Source: a virus
Lineage: Duplodnaviria > Caudoviricetes
Virus record (IMG/VR): IMGVR_UViG_3300032234_000470
Coordinates: 1 to 31,309 of that record
Reading direction: 5' to 3' (one strand)
Length of the DNA: 31,309 nucleotides
The notes under the pieces are model-generated. The model made no database searches. It was not told the DNA's origin and saw nothing but the letters and a program-made list of their open reading frames with translations. Positions 1 to 8,695 of the stretch are shown piece by piece (position 1 is the first letter of the stretch; each line of letters opens with the position of its first letter). The position numbers and the translations under genes were made by a program.

Positions 1-545
1 ACGATGAGGGCGGAGCCACCCTTGCACAGCCAGCGATTGCCTAGGACTGTGTTGGGGTCGTTAGCGCGGTCAAAGGCAAGGAGGCTATCCGCGTCCATCT
101 TGACCGGGGTGGCAGAGCCAGCCGCGCGGCCTTGGACAGCTTTAAGCGAGCCTTCGGTATAGGCAAGCAGGGTGTCCGGGTCGGTAGCCGGGTCAGCGGA
201 AAGCTCGGCAGTCTTCTTGGCGACAGTATTGATGTGCCGCAGGATGGACTGTCGCTTTACCTCATCGGCCCAAGCCGGGTTGACAAGCGACGCGCCGATT
301 GCCGTGGTAAGCTCCGAGATGTAAAAGGCCTCGACTGTGGACTTGCGCTCACGGAGGCGCATGGTGACAGTAAGCTCGTCGGCGGAGACATTTTCGTCGG
401 CAAGTGAGAGGATGGCGGCGGCGATGTCCTGATGCTTTGGCTCAAGGAAATCGGACGGGATAAGGCCGGGCGGAAAGGGAAGGGAATCCCTTAGCAGTCC
501 GCCGAGGAGAAAGGCCTCTGCGTCTGCGGATTGATGGTTGGGCAT
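1..545 (-). CDS. DnaB-N domain fused to a RecA/AAA-type helicase (partial, runs off the window)
   Basis: Not in the ORF track; translated by hand from ATG 545: MPNHQSADAEAFLLGGLLRD...DFLEPKHQDIAAAI...DELTV (DnaB N-terminal-like), then DPNTVLGNRWLCKGGSALIV, the strand that normally precedes a Walker A. Open to position 1. Confidence 0.75.
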   Translation of the reverse strand, partial: MPNHQSADAEAFLLGGLLRDSLPFPPGLIPSDFLEPKHQDIAAAILSLADENVSADELTVTMRLRERKSTVEAFYISELTTAIGASLVNPAWADEVKRQSILRHINTVAKKTAELSADPATDPDTLLAYTEGSLKAVQGRAAGSATPVKMDADSLLAFDRANDPNTVLGNRWLCKGGSALI

Positions 546-572
546 GGTTTGATGGAAAGGTTCAGGCGGAGG

Positions 573-869
573 TCATGGTCGCGCCTTTCGTTTATGACAA
601 TGCTTTTGTTTGGGTGGGCCGAAATGGTCTAGGAGGCGGAGCCGTCCGTTGGTGATGACGCGGAAACGGCGCACGACAAGGATTCCGGATTCTACGGCTC
701 GTTTGAGGTAGATGGCGGCTTGGCTTGTTGTCATCTTCCATCGGATTGCCCAATCGTCGCGCTTGAGGAAACCGGGGTCTGGCTTAACGGCGGACTTGTT
801 TATTTCGGCGATGACGGCGGAAAGGATTTCGTCCGAGGCCCGGCGGTATGCCATGCGGCGCGCTTTCAT
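573..869 (-). CDS. hypothetical basic protein, possible winged HTH
   Basis: ATG 869 overlaps the upstream stop (ATGA); DDWAIRWKMTTSQAAIYLKRAVESGIL is HTH-like. Confidence 0.55.
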   Translation of the reverse strand: MKARRMAYRRASDEILSAVIAEINKSAVKPDPGFLKRDDWAIRWKMTTSQAAIYLKRAVESGILVVRRFRVITNGRLRLLDHFGPPKQKHCHKRKARP

Positions 870-1156
870 ACGCTCGGCTTGCCCTCCTTGGCGGCTCGCC
901 ACGCAATCACGGCGGGGTCGGTTTCCCAGAGATAAGGAGACTCGCAAACAATATCCCCGGCCTTGCGGAGACGCTCGTTTTCACCTTGTAGCAAATCGAC
1001 ATAGCCATCGAGCTTGATGCCAAGGTTGCGGAGCCGCTCGACCTCGGCCTTGAGGCTGGCGTAGTCAGAGTGGTGAACCCATTCGCCTCCAAGGGACTCG
1101 ACGATGGTATAGCCTTCGTCCCCGCACTTGACGTTATAACGGATAGGTTCGCTCAT
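866..1156 (-). CDS. hypothetical phage protein with coiled coil
   Basis: ATGA overlap with the 1153 stop; GEWVHHSDYASLKAEVERLR is a common phage small-protein pattern. Confidence 0.65.
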   Translation of the reverse strand: MSEPIRYNVKCGDEGYTIVESLGGEWVHHSDYASLKAEVERLRNLGIKLDGYVDLLQGENERLRKAGDIVCESPYLWETDPAVIAWRAAKEGKPSV

Positions 1157-1920
1157 CGGCGTAGTCCTTTCGGCGGAGTCCATACTGTCAGGTCAGACTG
1201 CCAAAGCCATCGGTCACCGATGCGGTGGATAATCCAAGCCTTCCAATTGTTGCCGGAAAACCACCCGGCGATGAAGCCGTTATTCCACCGAGCAGTCCCG
1301 AGGTAGTTCGCGGCGTATTCCATGTCGTCGATTCTGCAGAGGCATGGGGCCATGTATGCCGCGCCTCCGCCATGCTTAGGGAGGTTGACCTGATGCCCGG
1401 TGTGGCCGTGGCCGCACATAAACAGTCCACCTTCGGTCGCGTAGTGCATGCCAAGCTTCGCAAGGTTGCTTCCGATTCCGTGGTGAGACGAGATTGGGCC
1501 AATGCGTAACAGGCCGCGCTTGCCGTGGTAAGGCAGGATTCGCTTTACGCCGGATTTGCGGGCCTCGCGGTCAATCTTAGATTCCAAATCGGAGCAGTAG
1601 TCTCTCACGACGGCGGAAGGGTGCGACCGGGCCATCGCTGAAAGGCGATACTCATGGTTTCCCTTGTGGTAGTAGGTCGGGCGAAACTTGCGAAGGAAGT
1701 CCACCCCGGCTTCGACATCCTCCTTCAAGGACTCGGCTCCCTCGGTGTCGGACATCGCGCCTTTGCGAAGCGAGCGCATGTCAAAATGGTCGCCTCCGGC
1801 GATGCGGATGTCCGGCTTGAAGTCGGCGCAGTATGCGTAAAGCGCGGCGAGGCTTTCGGCATCCGCCATGTCTCCGTGGGTGTCGGAAGCGAATACGAAC
1901 TTGGTAGGTTTGGTGGTCAT
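1153..1920 (-). CDS. calcineurin-like metallophosphoesterase
   Basis: Motifs SDTHG, GGDHFD, GNHE, HHG and GHGH occur in canonical order. Confidence 0.9.
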   Translation of the reverse strand: MTTKPTKFVFASDTHGDMADAESLAALYAYCADFKPDIRIAGGDHFDMRSLRKGAMSDTEGAESLKEDVEAGVDFLRKFRPTYYHKGNHEYRLSAMARSHPSAVVRDYCSDLESKIDREARKSGVKRILPYHGKRGLLRIGPISSHHGIGSNLAKLGMHYATEGGLFMCGHGHTGHQVNLPKHGGGAAYMAPCLCRIDDMEYAANYLGTARWNNGFIAGWFSGNNWKAWIIHRIGDRWLWQSDLTVWTPPKGLRR

Positions 1921-2264
1921 TGGTCAAGCTGGCTCTTTTCCGGCGGGAAAAGGTTGTAGACTTTCTGCGGACCGGGGGGAGGAGGGTATGCGGAGCGTTT
2001 TGGAAATGGGATTCCAAACGAAGCAAGCTTCTCGCTGGTAAATCCCATCATCTCTGCCGTGTCGGCGAATCCGATTCCGAGGCGGAAGGCTTCGCGGACT
2101 AGAACCGACTCGTCGTATGGTTGAACCTTGTCCTTGTCCTTGAACTCGCAAGCCACGATGAATTTTGCGCGGGCCGGGGAGATTCCAAGTATCTCGCATC
2201 GTTCAGCGAAAGTAAGAGGACGATTGCGGTTGTTCTCGCAGACCATGTCATCTTCAGATGCCAA
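1917..2264 (-). CDS. hypothetical protein, possible HTH DNA-binding protein
   Basis: LTFAERCEILGISPARAK and FADTAEMMGFTSEKL are HTH-like; overlaps both neighbours. Confidence 0.5.
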   Translation of the reverse strand: MASEDDMVCENNRNRPLTFAERCEILGISPARAKFIVACEFKDKDKVQPYDESVLVREAFRLGIGFADTAEMMGFTSEKLASFGIPFPKRSAYPPPPGPQKVYNLFPPEKSQLDQ

Positions 2265-2844
2265 GTTTGCGGGCCAAGTCCTTGCCTTCGTTCAGGATTC
2301 GCTGGCGAGAGTCAGGGAGGAAAATGTATTCATGGTCAAAGGCGACCTGACGGGTGATTAGTCCGATGGACTTGCCCTCCTCCTCGTTAGCCGCCTCGAC
2401 CCCGGTTGTCCTGACCATGACCTTATGGAGCTTCCAATCCTGCGCGCCGACGAGCATGTTCTCAATTACCTCAAGCTCGTTGATGTATCGCCAATCGGAA
2501 CAGATGATGGTCGTCCCGATTCCGATGCTGTTGTTGCACCGGGCGATGAGCTGGCATTGGCGCGTGAAAGCGAGGGCGAAGACGTCCTCGTTGATTGAGC
2601 GAGCGAACACCCCGGCGGATACTAGGAAATGCCTGTGCCTAACCTTGAAGGATTCGTTCCTGAAAGTCTGGGTCGCTCCTGAGCCGCCGATGCCGAGCGA
2701 CTGCATGTAGGAGTCGCAAGCTTGCTTAAGCACGTCGGCGAAGTTCAGGTGGACGACCGGGCCGCTCGCGACGAGGGAAACTCCGTCCGCGAGGGTGTCC
2801 TTACCCGCACGAGCATACCCTGTGATTAGGATTACATTGTTCAT
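2254..2844 (-). CDS. deoxynucleoside monophosphate kinase-like P-loop protein
   Basis: ITGYARAGKDT Walker A, FADVLK, and ISDWRYINE-type motif (CSDWRYINE). Confidence 0.8.
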   Translation of the reverse strand: MNNVILITGYARAGKDTLADGVSLVASGPVVHLNFADVLKQACDSYMQSLGIGGSGATQTFRNESFKVRHRHFLVSAGVFARSINEDVFALAFTRQCQLIARCNNSIGIGTTIICSDWRYINELEVIENMLVGAQDWKLHKVMVRTTGVEAANEEEGKSIGLITRQVAFDHEYIFLPDSRQRILNEGKDLARKLGI

Positions 2845-2865
2845 GCGAGTAAGGACGGCCCTTGG

Positions 2866-3351
2866 TTAGAACGGAACGGACTCCCCGGCCTCGGACGAGA
2901 AGGACTCAGGCACATCGGACGCGCCGTTGCCCTTGTAGCCGACAGCTTCGACCGGGGTAATCTTGGTGAGCTTGTAGTTGAACTGCATCTTGCCGTTCCA
3001 TTCCTCGTCCGGCGTGGCTTCGATTTCGATGGTGGCTTTCTTGCCGAACGCCGGGGAGACGAACCTGATGAGGTTGTCCACAGTCATGGAGGTGGGCGGC
3101 TCCGGCGTGAAGCTCCCGGTGAGCTTGCCGACCAGCATCGCGAGGCCTTTGCCAAACTCGACGGAGTAATTCTTGGTCATGCAGTTGCCGTCGCCGTCCA
3201 CGAAGAACAGGCGGCAGGAGGCGAAGCCCTTCTTGTTGACCTTGAAGCGTTCCAGCATCTTGTCATCCTTGGGCTTGACCAGCTTGAGGATGTAGGTGCC
3301 GGACTTCTCGATGTTCTTGAGAGGCGGGAGTTCGTTGTTGGGAGGGTTCAT
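2866..3351 (-). CDS. putative single-stranded DNA-binding protein
   Basis: Follows the ERF and exonuclease genes; beta-rich; acidic C-terminal tail ending ESVPF; start MNPPNNEL after an A/C-rich leader. Confidence 0.55.
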   Translation of the reverse strand: MNPPNNELPPLKNIEKSGTYILKLVKPKDDKMLERFKVNKKGFASCRLFFVDGDGNCMTKNYSVEFGKGLAMLVGKLTGSFTPEPPTSMTVDNLIRFVSPAFGKKATIEIEATPDEEWNGKMQFNYKLTKITPVEAVGYKGNGASDVPESFSSEAGESVPF

Positions 3352-3404
3352 TATGGTGTTTGGTTGGTGGGAGATTGGTATGGTGAAAGGGCCGATGGTC
3401 GCCA

Positions 3405-4214
3405 TCAGGCGAACTTGATGGGTTCGGCGACGGATGGCTTTGCCGAGATGTCGATGACCTTGATGTCATGTCCGTAACCCGGCCACTCGTCAAGCGCAAC
3501 GCAAGACTTGTAGGTGCTGACGGCGGATTCGAAGTCAGCGACCGCGAGGCTCATAAGCTCCGGCCCGATTTCGTAGACGGAAAACTCAAAGGGAGCCTCT
3601 TTCTCTGCGGCGATGAATCGGAATCCTTTGAGCCGGGTCTTGAACGCGGCCTCGTAAGCTGTGCGATACAGGTGCGCTTGGAGGTTGTAGCGATAGTTGC
3701 GGACGGACTGAAGGAAACCGCGAGGCGAGGCATCCTCCGTCGTCTTGAGGTCATACAGGTATCCGTCGTCACCGAGCGCGTCGATGGCGCATTTGATGGT
3801 GACTCCGCAGTATTCGGTCGCGAACATGAACTCAGTCTTGGTGAACTTGACTCCGATGGCATCACGAGCGCGAAGCATGGCGTCAGCGACATTGTTGCCG
3901 AGCGTCCATTCCTCCGCGGTCAGGATGGTCTTCCCGGCGGCGACGGCGAGGAATGCCTCATACGCGGCCTTGCCTTCCTTGGTGCGGCGGTCGATGCCTT
4001 CAGGCAGGGCGGCATACTTGTCCGCCGTGACGAGGTTGCCCTCAAGGACGGCGGAGTGAACGAACGAACCGATTCGGAGAGCTTTCGTCTCCTCGCGCGG
4101 CGCGGTGATGTAGGCCCGGTAGTGGGCCGGGGACTTGAGCAGTTCCTTCGCACCTGAGTAGTTCAGGGCGATGGTCGCGTCGTATTCTTTTCTGGTGTTG
4201 ATTTCGTTGGGCAT
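3405..4214 (-). CDS. PD-(D/E)XK exonuclease (exonuclease VIII/RecE-like, DUF3799-type)
   Basis: LNYSGAKELLKSPAHY, GSFVHSAVLE, KCAIDAL, YDLKTT, YNLQAHLY, FIAAEKEAPF and WPGY. Confidence 0.9.
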   Translation of the reverse strand: MPNEINTRKEYDATIALNYSGAKELLKSPAHYRAYITAPREETKALRIGSFVHSAVLEGNLVTADKYAALPEGIDRRTKEGKAAYEAFLAVAAGKTILTAEEWTLGNNVADAMLRARDAIGVKFTKTEFMFATEYCGVTIKCAIDALGDDGYLYDLKTTEDASPRGFLQSVRNYRYNLQAHLYRTAYEAAFKTRLKGFRFIAAEKEAPFEFSVYEIGPELMSLAVADFESAVSTYKSCVALDEWPGYGHDIKVIDISAKPSVAEPIKFA

Positions 4215-4237
4215 GGTTTTGTTTGGTTGGTGGGAAA

Positions 4238-4585
4238 TTAGATGCCTTCGTCCTCGTCGGCGTTTAGTTCGTCGATGTGCTGGGCGATGTTATCGCAGGA
4301 TTGGATGGCTTCGGCGATGGCCTTGTCGCATTGGGCAAGGGTGTTCCTCATCACTTTTATGGATGAGTTGATGCGCTTGAGGCGGTCGTAGAGCGGCTTC
4401 AAATCCCAAAGCTCCGTGAGCGGCGTGTTCAAGGCCCGGAGGTGTTCGCGCTTCCCGGCGTGGATGTCGTCGAGGAGGTGGCGGGCATCGTCGCCGACAA
4501 TCTCCGTGTCGCAGAAATACTCTAGAGAACTTAGCTGTTCCTCGATGTTCTTGAGGTGCTTTTGTAGTGCTTCTTTGCTGGTCAT
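4238..4585 (-). CDS. hypothetical helical protein
   Basis: Tiles with neighbours; phage-like codon usage. Confidence 0.65.
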   Translation of the reverse strand: MTSKEALQKHLKNIEEQLSSLEYFCDTEIVGDDARHLLDDIHAGKREHLRALNTPLTELWDLKPLYDRLKRINSSIKVMRNTLAQCDKAIAEAIQSCDNIAQHIDELNADEDEGI

Positions 4586-4594
4586 GGCTTTGGT

Positions 4595-4852
4595 TTAGGT
4601 GCGGGCTTCTTGGATGGCAAGGTCTTTCGTCGTGCGGAGAAAGAATCTCACGGACACCGGAGGACGTAGCGAAGCGAGGTTGTCTTTCTTCCACGCGGCG
4701 AGGCGGTCGGTGAACTCGGACATGCGGGAGGCCTTGACCTCGCAGTAAGGAAGGCCGTCAAGGCAGATGAACAGGGCGAAAGGCTCCGGCGTGTTGGCCG
4801 CGAGCTTTATGATTGAGGAAGGGATTAGCTTCGTCTTGGTGATTGGCTTCAT
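4595..4852 (-). CDS. hypothetical protein
   Basis: ATGA overlap with the upstream gene. Confidence 0.65.
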   Translation of the reverse strand: MKPITKTKLIPSSIIKLAANTPEPFALFICLDGLPYCEVKASRMSEFTDRLAAWKKDNLASLRPPVSVRFFLRTTKDLAIQEART

Positions 4853-5103
4853 ACGGCGTTAGGGTTGAACCGGAAATACTCTTGGCCGTGCTTGGCCCAG
4901 AACTCGACATGGCTACCGGACACGCGGACGGCGCGGCGCTTCCATTTCCAAAGCTCCTCGGTGAAGGAGTCCTTGTCCCAGACCACGAACTCCGGGTTCT
5001 CTACCCGGCCATCAATAATAAGGAACAAGGCATGGCTCTCGCGAGGCATCTTGGAAGCCATGTGTGACATGGCTGTCGGAGGGTTGGCGCGTCGTTCAGG
5101 CAT
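4849..5103 (-). CDS. hypothetical protein
   Basis: ATG 5103 (MPERRANPP) overlaps the upstream gene end; resembles 4595-4852 (ALFLIIDG vs ALFICLDG). Confidence 0.6.
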   Translation of the reverse strand: MPERRANPPTAMSHMASKMPRESHALFLIIDGRVENPEFVVWDKDSFTEELWKWKRRAVRVSGSHVEFWAKHGQEYFRFNPNAV

Positions 5104-5383
5104 CCTTCTTGAACAGCTTGGCGAGGATTTCGTTGGCCCGGTCGAGGTCGGCGCGTGTCGCCTCAAGCTCGTTAGCCATTTCCCGGCGTAGGCTTACGCC
5201 ATCGCGGCGGAGGATTTCGTTTTCTTCCATGACGCGAAGCCATTTGGCTTCAAAGTCACGGGCCTCGATGCGGAAGTAATTGACCGTCCCGTTCAGCCGC
5301 TCGACTTGCATCTGCGCGTGGTGCAGTTGGAGCCGGAGGTTCGTGACCTCCTTGCTCAGTTCCGATTCGTCGTCGCGGCTCAT
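5096..5383 (-). CDS. coiled-coil hypothetical protein
   Basis: Heptad-rich; ATGA overlap with the ERF gene. Confidence 0.65.
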   Translation of the reverse strand: MSRDDESELSKEVTNLRLQLHHAQMQVERLNGTVNYFRIEARDFEAKWLRVMEENEILRRDGVSLRREMANELEATRADLDRANEILAKLFKKDA

Positions 5384-5964
5384 TTGGAGATTGCCTTGAG
5401 GAAGGCGGATTGGTTCTCGGTGATGATGAGCTGGTGTTCGTTGCTCAAGCTGGCGAGGCTGTGTCCTTCAGCAAGCCACCCTTTGGACACAAGGTAGGCT
5501 TGGGCTTTGTCAATCTTATCCGGCGGGATGAAGCCAAACCAGACATCCGGGCGAGACGCGGGCCGGGGAGCCGGGGAGGAGGCCTTCGCTCCGTCGTCGT
5601 CGATGTCCGTGGAGATACCACAGGCGGTTTGGAGCGATTGGCGGCGGAGGTAGGTAATTGCGCTCCCGAGCTTCTGTGCGTCGCCCGGTGCGACGAAGGA
5701 GAGGGTTCCGCTGTCGTGAGACTCGCCCGACGCGTGGAGGAAGGTGGTCGTGACGCGAACCTGACCCTCTGCCGAGGACAGGCTTTGGTGGACGGCGAGG
5801 TTATGCTCACGGGCCACAGCTTTTACTGTGTCCAGAATCTCCGAGAGCGAGGCGTATCTGGACTTATAGGCCGGGTTGATGCGGTCGGCGGAGACGTTGC
5901 CGATGGCGTTGAGGAAGGCGACCAAGTCTTGGCGCGCCGTGTTGGGTTGGTTGTCTTTGGGCAT
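5380..5964 (-). CDS. ERF-family single-strand annealing recombinase
   Basis: NPAYKSRYASLSEIL, TTFLHASGE, QKLGSAITYLRR and DIDDDG signature motifs. Confidence 0.92.
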   Translation of the reverse strand: MPKDNQPNTARQDLVAFLNAIGNVSADRINPAYKSRYASLSEILDTVKAVAREHNLAVHQSLSSAEGQVRVTTTFLHASGESHDSGTLSFVAPGDAQKLGSAITYLRRQSLQTACGISTDIDDDGAKASSPAPRPASRPDVWFGFIPPDKIDKAQAYLVSKGWLAEGHSLASLSNEHQLIITENQSAFLKAISK

Positions 5965-5979
5965 GGTGGTTGGTGGAAA

Positions 5980-6444
5980 TTAGTTGATGGCCTTACGAAG
6001 ACCAGCGTCAAGGATTAAGAGTGCGTCCGCCGTAGCGAGCGTGACATGATTGTCCGGGTAAAGCTCTGAGGCGCGGGCCTTCAGCTTGTTCTTCCATTGG
6101 GTTGTGGTCTGCTCGCCTTTCGTCCCGACCGGGTGGGCCTTCTGCCAGACCGGAGGGCGCACCGGGTGAATCTTGAAGCCGAGGGCGACGGCGGCTCCGT
6201 AGCAGATGCCGTAGTTGAGCATCATCTTGCCGATGGCCGAGCCGGGGATGTTGCGGCCCGCGAACAACGGCGGAAGCTCGATGTAGAGTTCAACGATGTC
6301 AGACCCCTTCGCGACATTCGCGAGCAGGGTGCAAGTGTCAAAGTCAGTCGGCGGCATGCGGAGCGCGGTCGTCTTGCCGTTGAAGTGCCAAGCGATGCCT
6401 CCGTTTACGCCGGGGTCGATTGCGATAGTAAGGATGTCGTTCAT
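5980..6444 (-). CDS. RuvC-like Holliday junction resolvase
   Basis: IAIDPGVNGGIA, YIE, PPVWQK and ADALLI RNase H-fold motifs. Confidence 0.85.
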   Translation of the reverse strand: MNDILTIAIDPGVNGGIAWHFNGKTTALRMPPTDFDTCTLLANVAKGSDIVELYIELPPLFAGRNIPGSAIGKMMLNYGICYGAAVALGFKIHPVRPPVWQKAHPVGTKGEQTTTQWKNKLKARASELYPDNHVTLATADALLILDAGLRKAIN

Positions 6445-6716
6445 GGCTGTGCCTTGAGAGTCTGAAGCTCGTTACGCAAGGTCAAGGCCGAACCATCGGA
6501 CAGGGAAGCCAAGGTAGTGAATCGTTCCTGCTCAATGTATAGGCGACCGACCTCAGAGAAACGGAGGTGTGCGTGAGCCGGGTCAGCGGCGACCTCCTTC
6601 ATCGCGGCGAGAAGCTTGCCACGGGAATCCCGCGCCCTCTCGCGGAATGCCCTTGCCTCAGAGCGCGTGGCCTTGAGGATGGCTTTGAGGTTGGCGATGC
6701 GGTGTTTGGTTTCCAT
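6441..6716 (-). CDS. hypothetical early protein
   Basis: Start METKHRI; its stop overlaps the RuvC ATG. Confidence 0.6.
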   Translation of the reverse strand: METKHRIANLKAILKATRSEARAFRERARDSRGKLLAAMKEVAADPAHAHLRFSEVGRLYIEQERFTTLASLSDGSALTLRNELQTLKAQP

Positions 6717-6724
6717 GTGAGGGA

Positions 6725-6979
6725 TTATTCGCACTCCTCGCCGTTGATGCATTCCAGCATGGTGTGGACTTCGTCGCCGAACGCGAGGAGAGAGGCGTAA
6801 CGCTCAAGAGCATCAGCCGTGTCCGATGCCCGGCGATACTTCGCGCTCCCGGCCTTGGCGTTGTTGCGTTCGGCAACCTTGTCGAGCCAGCGTTCGTGAA
6901 GGTCAGTCACCGTGTCGATGATGTCCCATGCGTCGTATTCTTTTTCGAGGGCCGCGATGATAGTTTCTTGTGTGGTCAT
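6725..6979 (-). CDS. hypothetical early protein
   Basis: Start MTTQET preceded by the repeated leader ACAAACGACC. Confidence 0.65.
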   Translation of the reverse strand: MTTQETIIAALEKEYDAWDIIDTVTDLHERWLDKVAERNNAKAGSAKYRRASDTADALERYASLLAFGDEVHTMLECINGEECE

Positions 6980-6999
6980 GGTCGTTTGTTGGTGAGGGT

Positions 7000-7254
7000 T
7001 CAACCCTGAGGGCGATTGTTGATGCCGACCTTGGTGATGACGGCGAGGTTCTGGGTGATGAGCTGGTCGCGGAGCTTGCCGAGCTTGCTCTTTGCGAGCT
7101 TGCGCTGGACAGAGCCAAGCGGGGAGTCGATGACTTGCAGGAACCAGAACGCATAGGAGCGTTTGGTTTCGGCGAGCGTACCCTCCTTATGGAGAAGGTC
7201 GAAGTCCCGGTTCGCGAGGATGGCGTTGATGCGGTCTGAGGTGTTGGCGGTCAT
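7000..7254 (-). CDS. hypothetical early protein
   Basis: Start MTANTS preceded by the same repeated leader. Confidence 0.65.
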   Translation of the reverse strand: MTANTSDRINAILANRDFDLLHKEGTLAETKRSYAFWFLQVIDSPLGSVQRKLAKSKLGKLRDQLITQNLAVITKVGINNRPQG

Positions 7255-7276
7255 GGTCGTTTGTGGGTGAGAGTGA

Positions 7277-7486
7277 TTACTTGGCGGCGAGAGCGGCTTC
7301 GTAGGCGGAATAGGCGGCTTCGTAGGCGGCGAAAGCAACAGAAAGCTCGCATCCGCTAACAAATCTTCCCTGAGAAGAAGAATCGTAGGCGGCAGAGTTG
7401 GCGCGAGCCAACTTAACAGCTTCGGCGGCGGAGTTAAGCGCGGCGAGCGCGGAGTTCATTGAGGACTTTTCGTTGGTGGTATTCAT
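7277..7486 (-). CDS. Ala-rich small early protein
   Basis: First gene after early promoter copy 1; AAYEAAYSAYEAA repeats. Confidence 0.6.
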   Translation of the reverse strand: MNTTNEKSSMNSALAALNSAAEAVKLARANSAAYDSSSQGRFVSGCELSVAFAAYEAAYSAYEAALAAK

Positions 7487-7494
7487 TGGTGGTG

Positions 7495-7563
7495 TTTGGT
7501 GGAACGAGAGTAAAGTTGGCCGAAAGGGGTCTGGGTGACAAGGTTTATTTTCGGAAATCGCAC
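7495..7563 (-). promoter_or_regulatory. repeated early promoter, copy 1
   Basis: AAAATAAACC-TTGTCA(7541-7536)-N17-CAACTT(7518-7513)-TACTCTCGTTCCACCAAA; conserved with copies 2 and 3. Confidence 0.75.
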
Positions 7564-7991
7564 GGGAGGGTTTGCCGAATAGATACGACCCTTTTGGCGT
7601 AATCGGTCAGGGGAAGCCCATTACGAATCGCTCCGCCCGGCCCCAGATTCCAGCATGCGGCCAGCTGGGCGTCGGTCGGGTAAGGGTAGCCCGCGCCTCG
7701 GAGCCGGGTGCGGATGACTTCAAGATACGCGCTCGCCATGTATTTCTGGACTGCGGAATCCCGCCATGCGTGACGCTTGTAAGTTCTGCGGCCTTGCGAC
7801 TTGAGGAGTGCGTTCGCATCCTGCCAAGCTTCCGGGTGCATCTGATACGCACCAAGCGCACGACCTCCGTCCCCTACGGCGAAGTGGTCCAATCGTGACT
7901 CAACGATTCCGATTGCCATAAGCAACATCTCATCCGATGCCTCAAGCCCGGCACAGGCAATCATCGAGTAAAGTGTGAGTGCGAGTCTCAT
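7545..7991 (-). CDS. lytic transglycosylase / lysozyme-like protein with N-terminal hydrophobic segment
   Basis: AIGIVES (catalytic Glu), AVGDGGRALGAYQM and WNLGPG. Confidence 0.85.
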   Translation of the reverse strand: MRLALTLYSMIACAGLEASDEMLLMAIGIVESRLDHFAVGDGGRALGAYQMHPEAWQDANALLKSQGRRTYKRHAWRDSAVQKYMASAYLEVIRTRLRGAGYPYPTDAQLAACWNLGPGGAIRNGLPLTDYAKRVVSIRQTLPCDFRK

Positions 7992-8692
7992 CTGAGGTTG
8001 AGCAGGATTTCATCCGGGCGGCGCGGATTGTCTTTGATGGCCTTGCCCCATTTCTTCTTGAGGTAGGCGATGCACTCGCGCTCAAGCTCCGAGGTGCGGT
8101 AGGAAACAGCACCACCCTTGTTGGAGCGATGAGCAAACTCCGCAAGGATGTTGTCAACGCGCAGGACGCGTCCGAAAGCCTCGATGTGCCGCAGGGTGTA
8201 ATCGTAGTCTTCTTTGAGGCGCATCTTCTCGTCGAACCGGATGTCGCAAGGGAACACCAGAATCATGTCTCCGACGATGAAGGCCCGGTCGCGGTAAGGC
8301 TTCTCCGGATTGTAGAAGTAGGGGTTGGAAGTCGGGGCGACTCCGCACAGCTTGGCTCCGAACTTCTGCCCGGCAGTCAGCATGTCGCGGGCCGCAGAGA
8401 TGAGCTTGACCTGTTCGGTGTCCGTTTTGCTATGGGCTTTCTTGACGCGCTTCAGGTCGTCGGACAGTTGGAGGCAGGGGAGGCCAAGGGCGAACGCGGC
8501 TTCAAGTGCGGCGTTGCGGCTCTCGCACAGCTTGCCGGACTCCACGACATTCTTTGCCCCGGCGGCGCGGTAAGCGTCCCCTTCCCCGGCGGCGACGAAC
8601 CAAGTAGCGTCGGCGACGTGCGCGTTCATCGCCGGAACCCGGTCAGGGCGGCGCGCGCTGATGATGGAGACGAAGATGTTGTTATTATTCAT
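7988..8692 (-). CDS. TET-associated (TAGT/JGT/GREB1-like) GT-A DNA-base glycosyltransferase
   Basis: IISARR, SRNAAL, LQLSDDL, LCGVAP, RFDEKMRLKEDYDYTL and NKGGA follow the motif order of TAGT/base-J glucosyltransferases. Confidence 0.82.
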   Translation of the reverse strand: MNNNNIFVSIISARRPDRVPAMNAHVADATWFVAAGEGDAYRAAGAKNVVESGKLCESRNAALEAAFALGLPCLQLSDDLKRVKKAHSKTDTEQVKLISAARDMLTAGQKFGAKLCGVAPTSNPYFYNPEKPYRDRAFIVGDMILVFPCDIRFDEKMRLKEDYDYTLRHIEAFGRVLRVDNILAEFAHRSNKGGAVSYRTSELERECIAYLKKKWGKAIKDNPRRPDEILLNLR

Positions 8693-8695
8693 GGG

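Noticed and set aside
2254-2844. dNMP kinase as evidence of pre-replicative base modification
   Set aside because: Common in unmodified phages; no thymidylate-synthase-like or deaminase partner is seen
7292-7330. Short tandem repeat GCGGCTTCGTAGGCGG
   Set aside because: Explained by AAYEAA coding repeats
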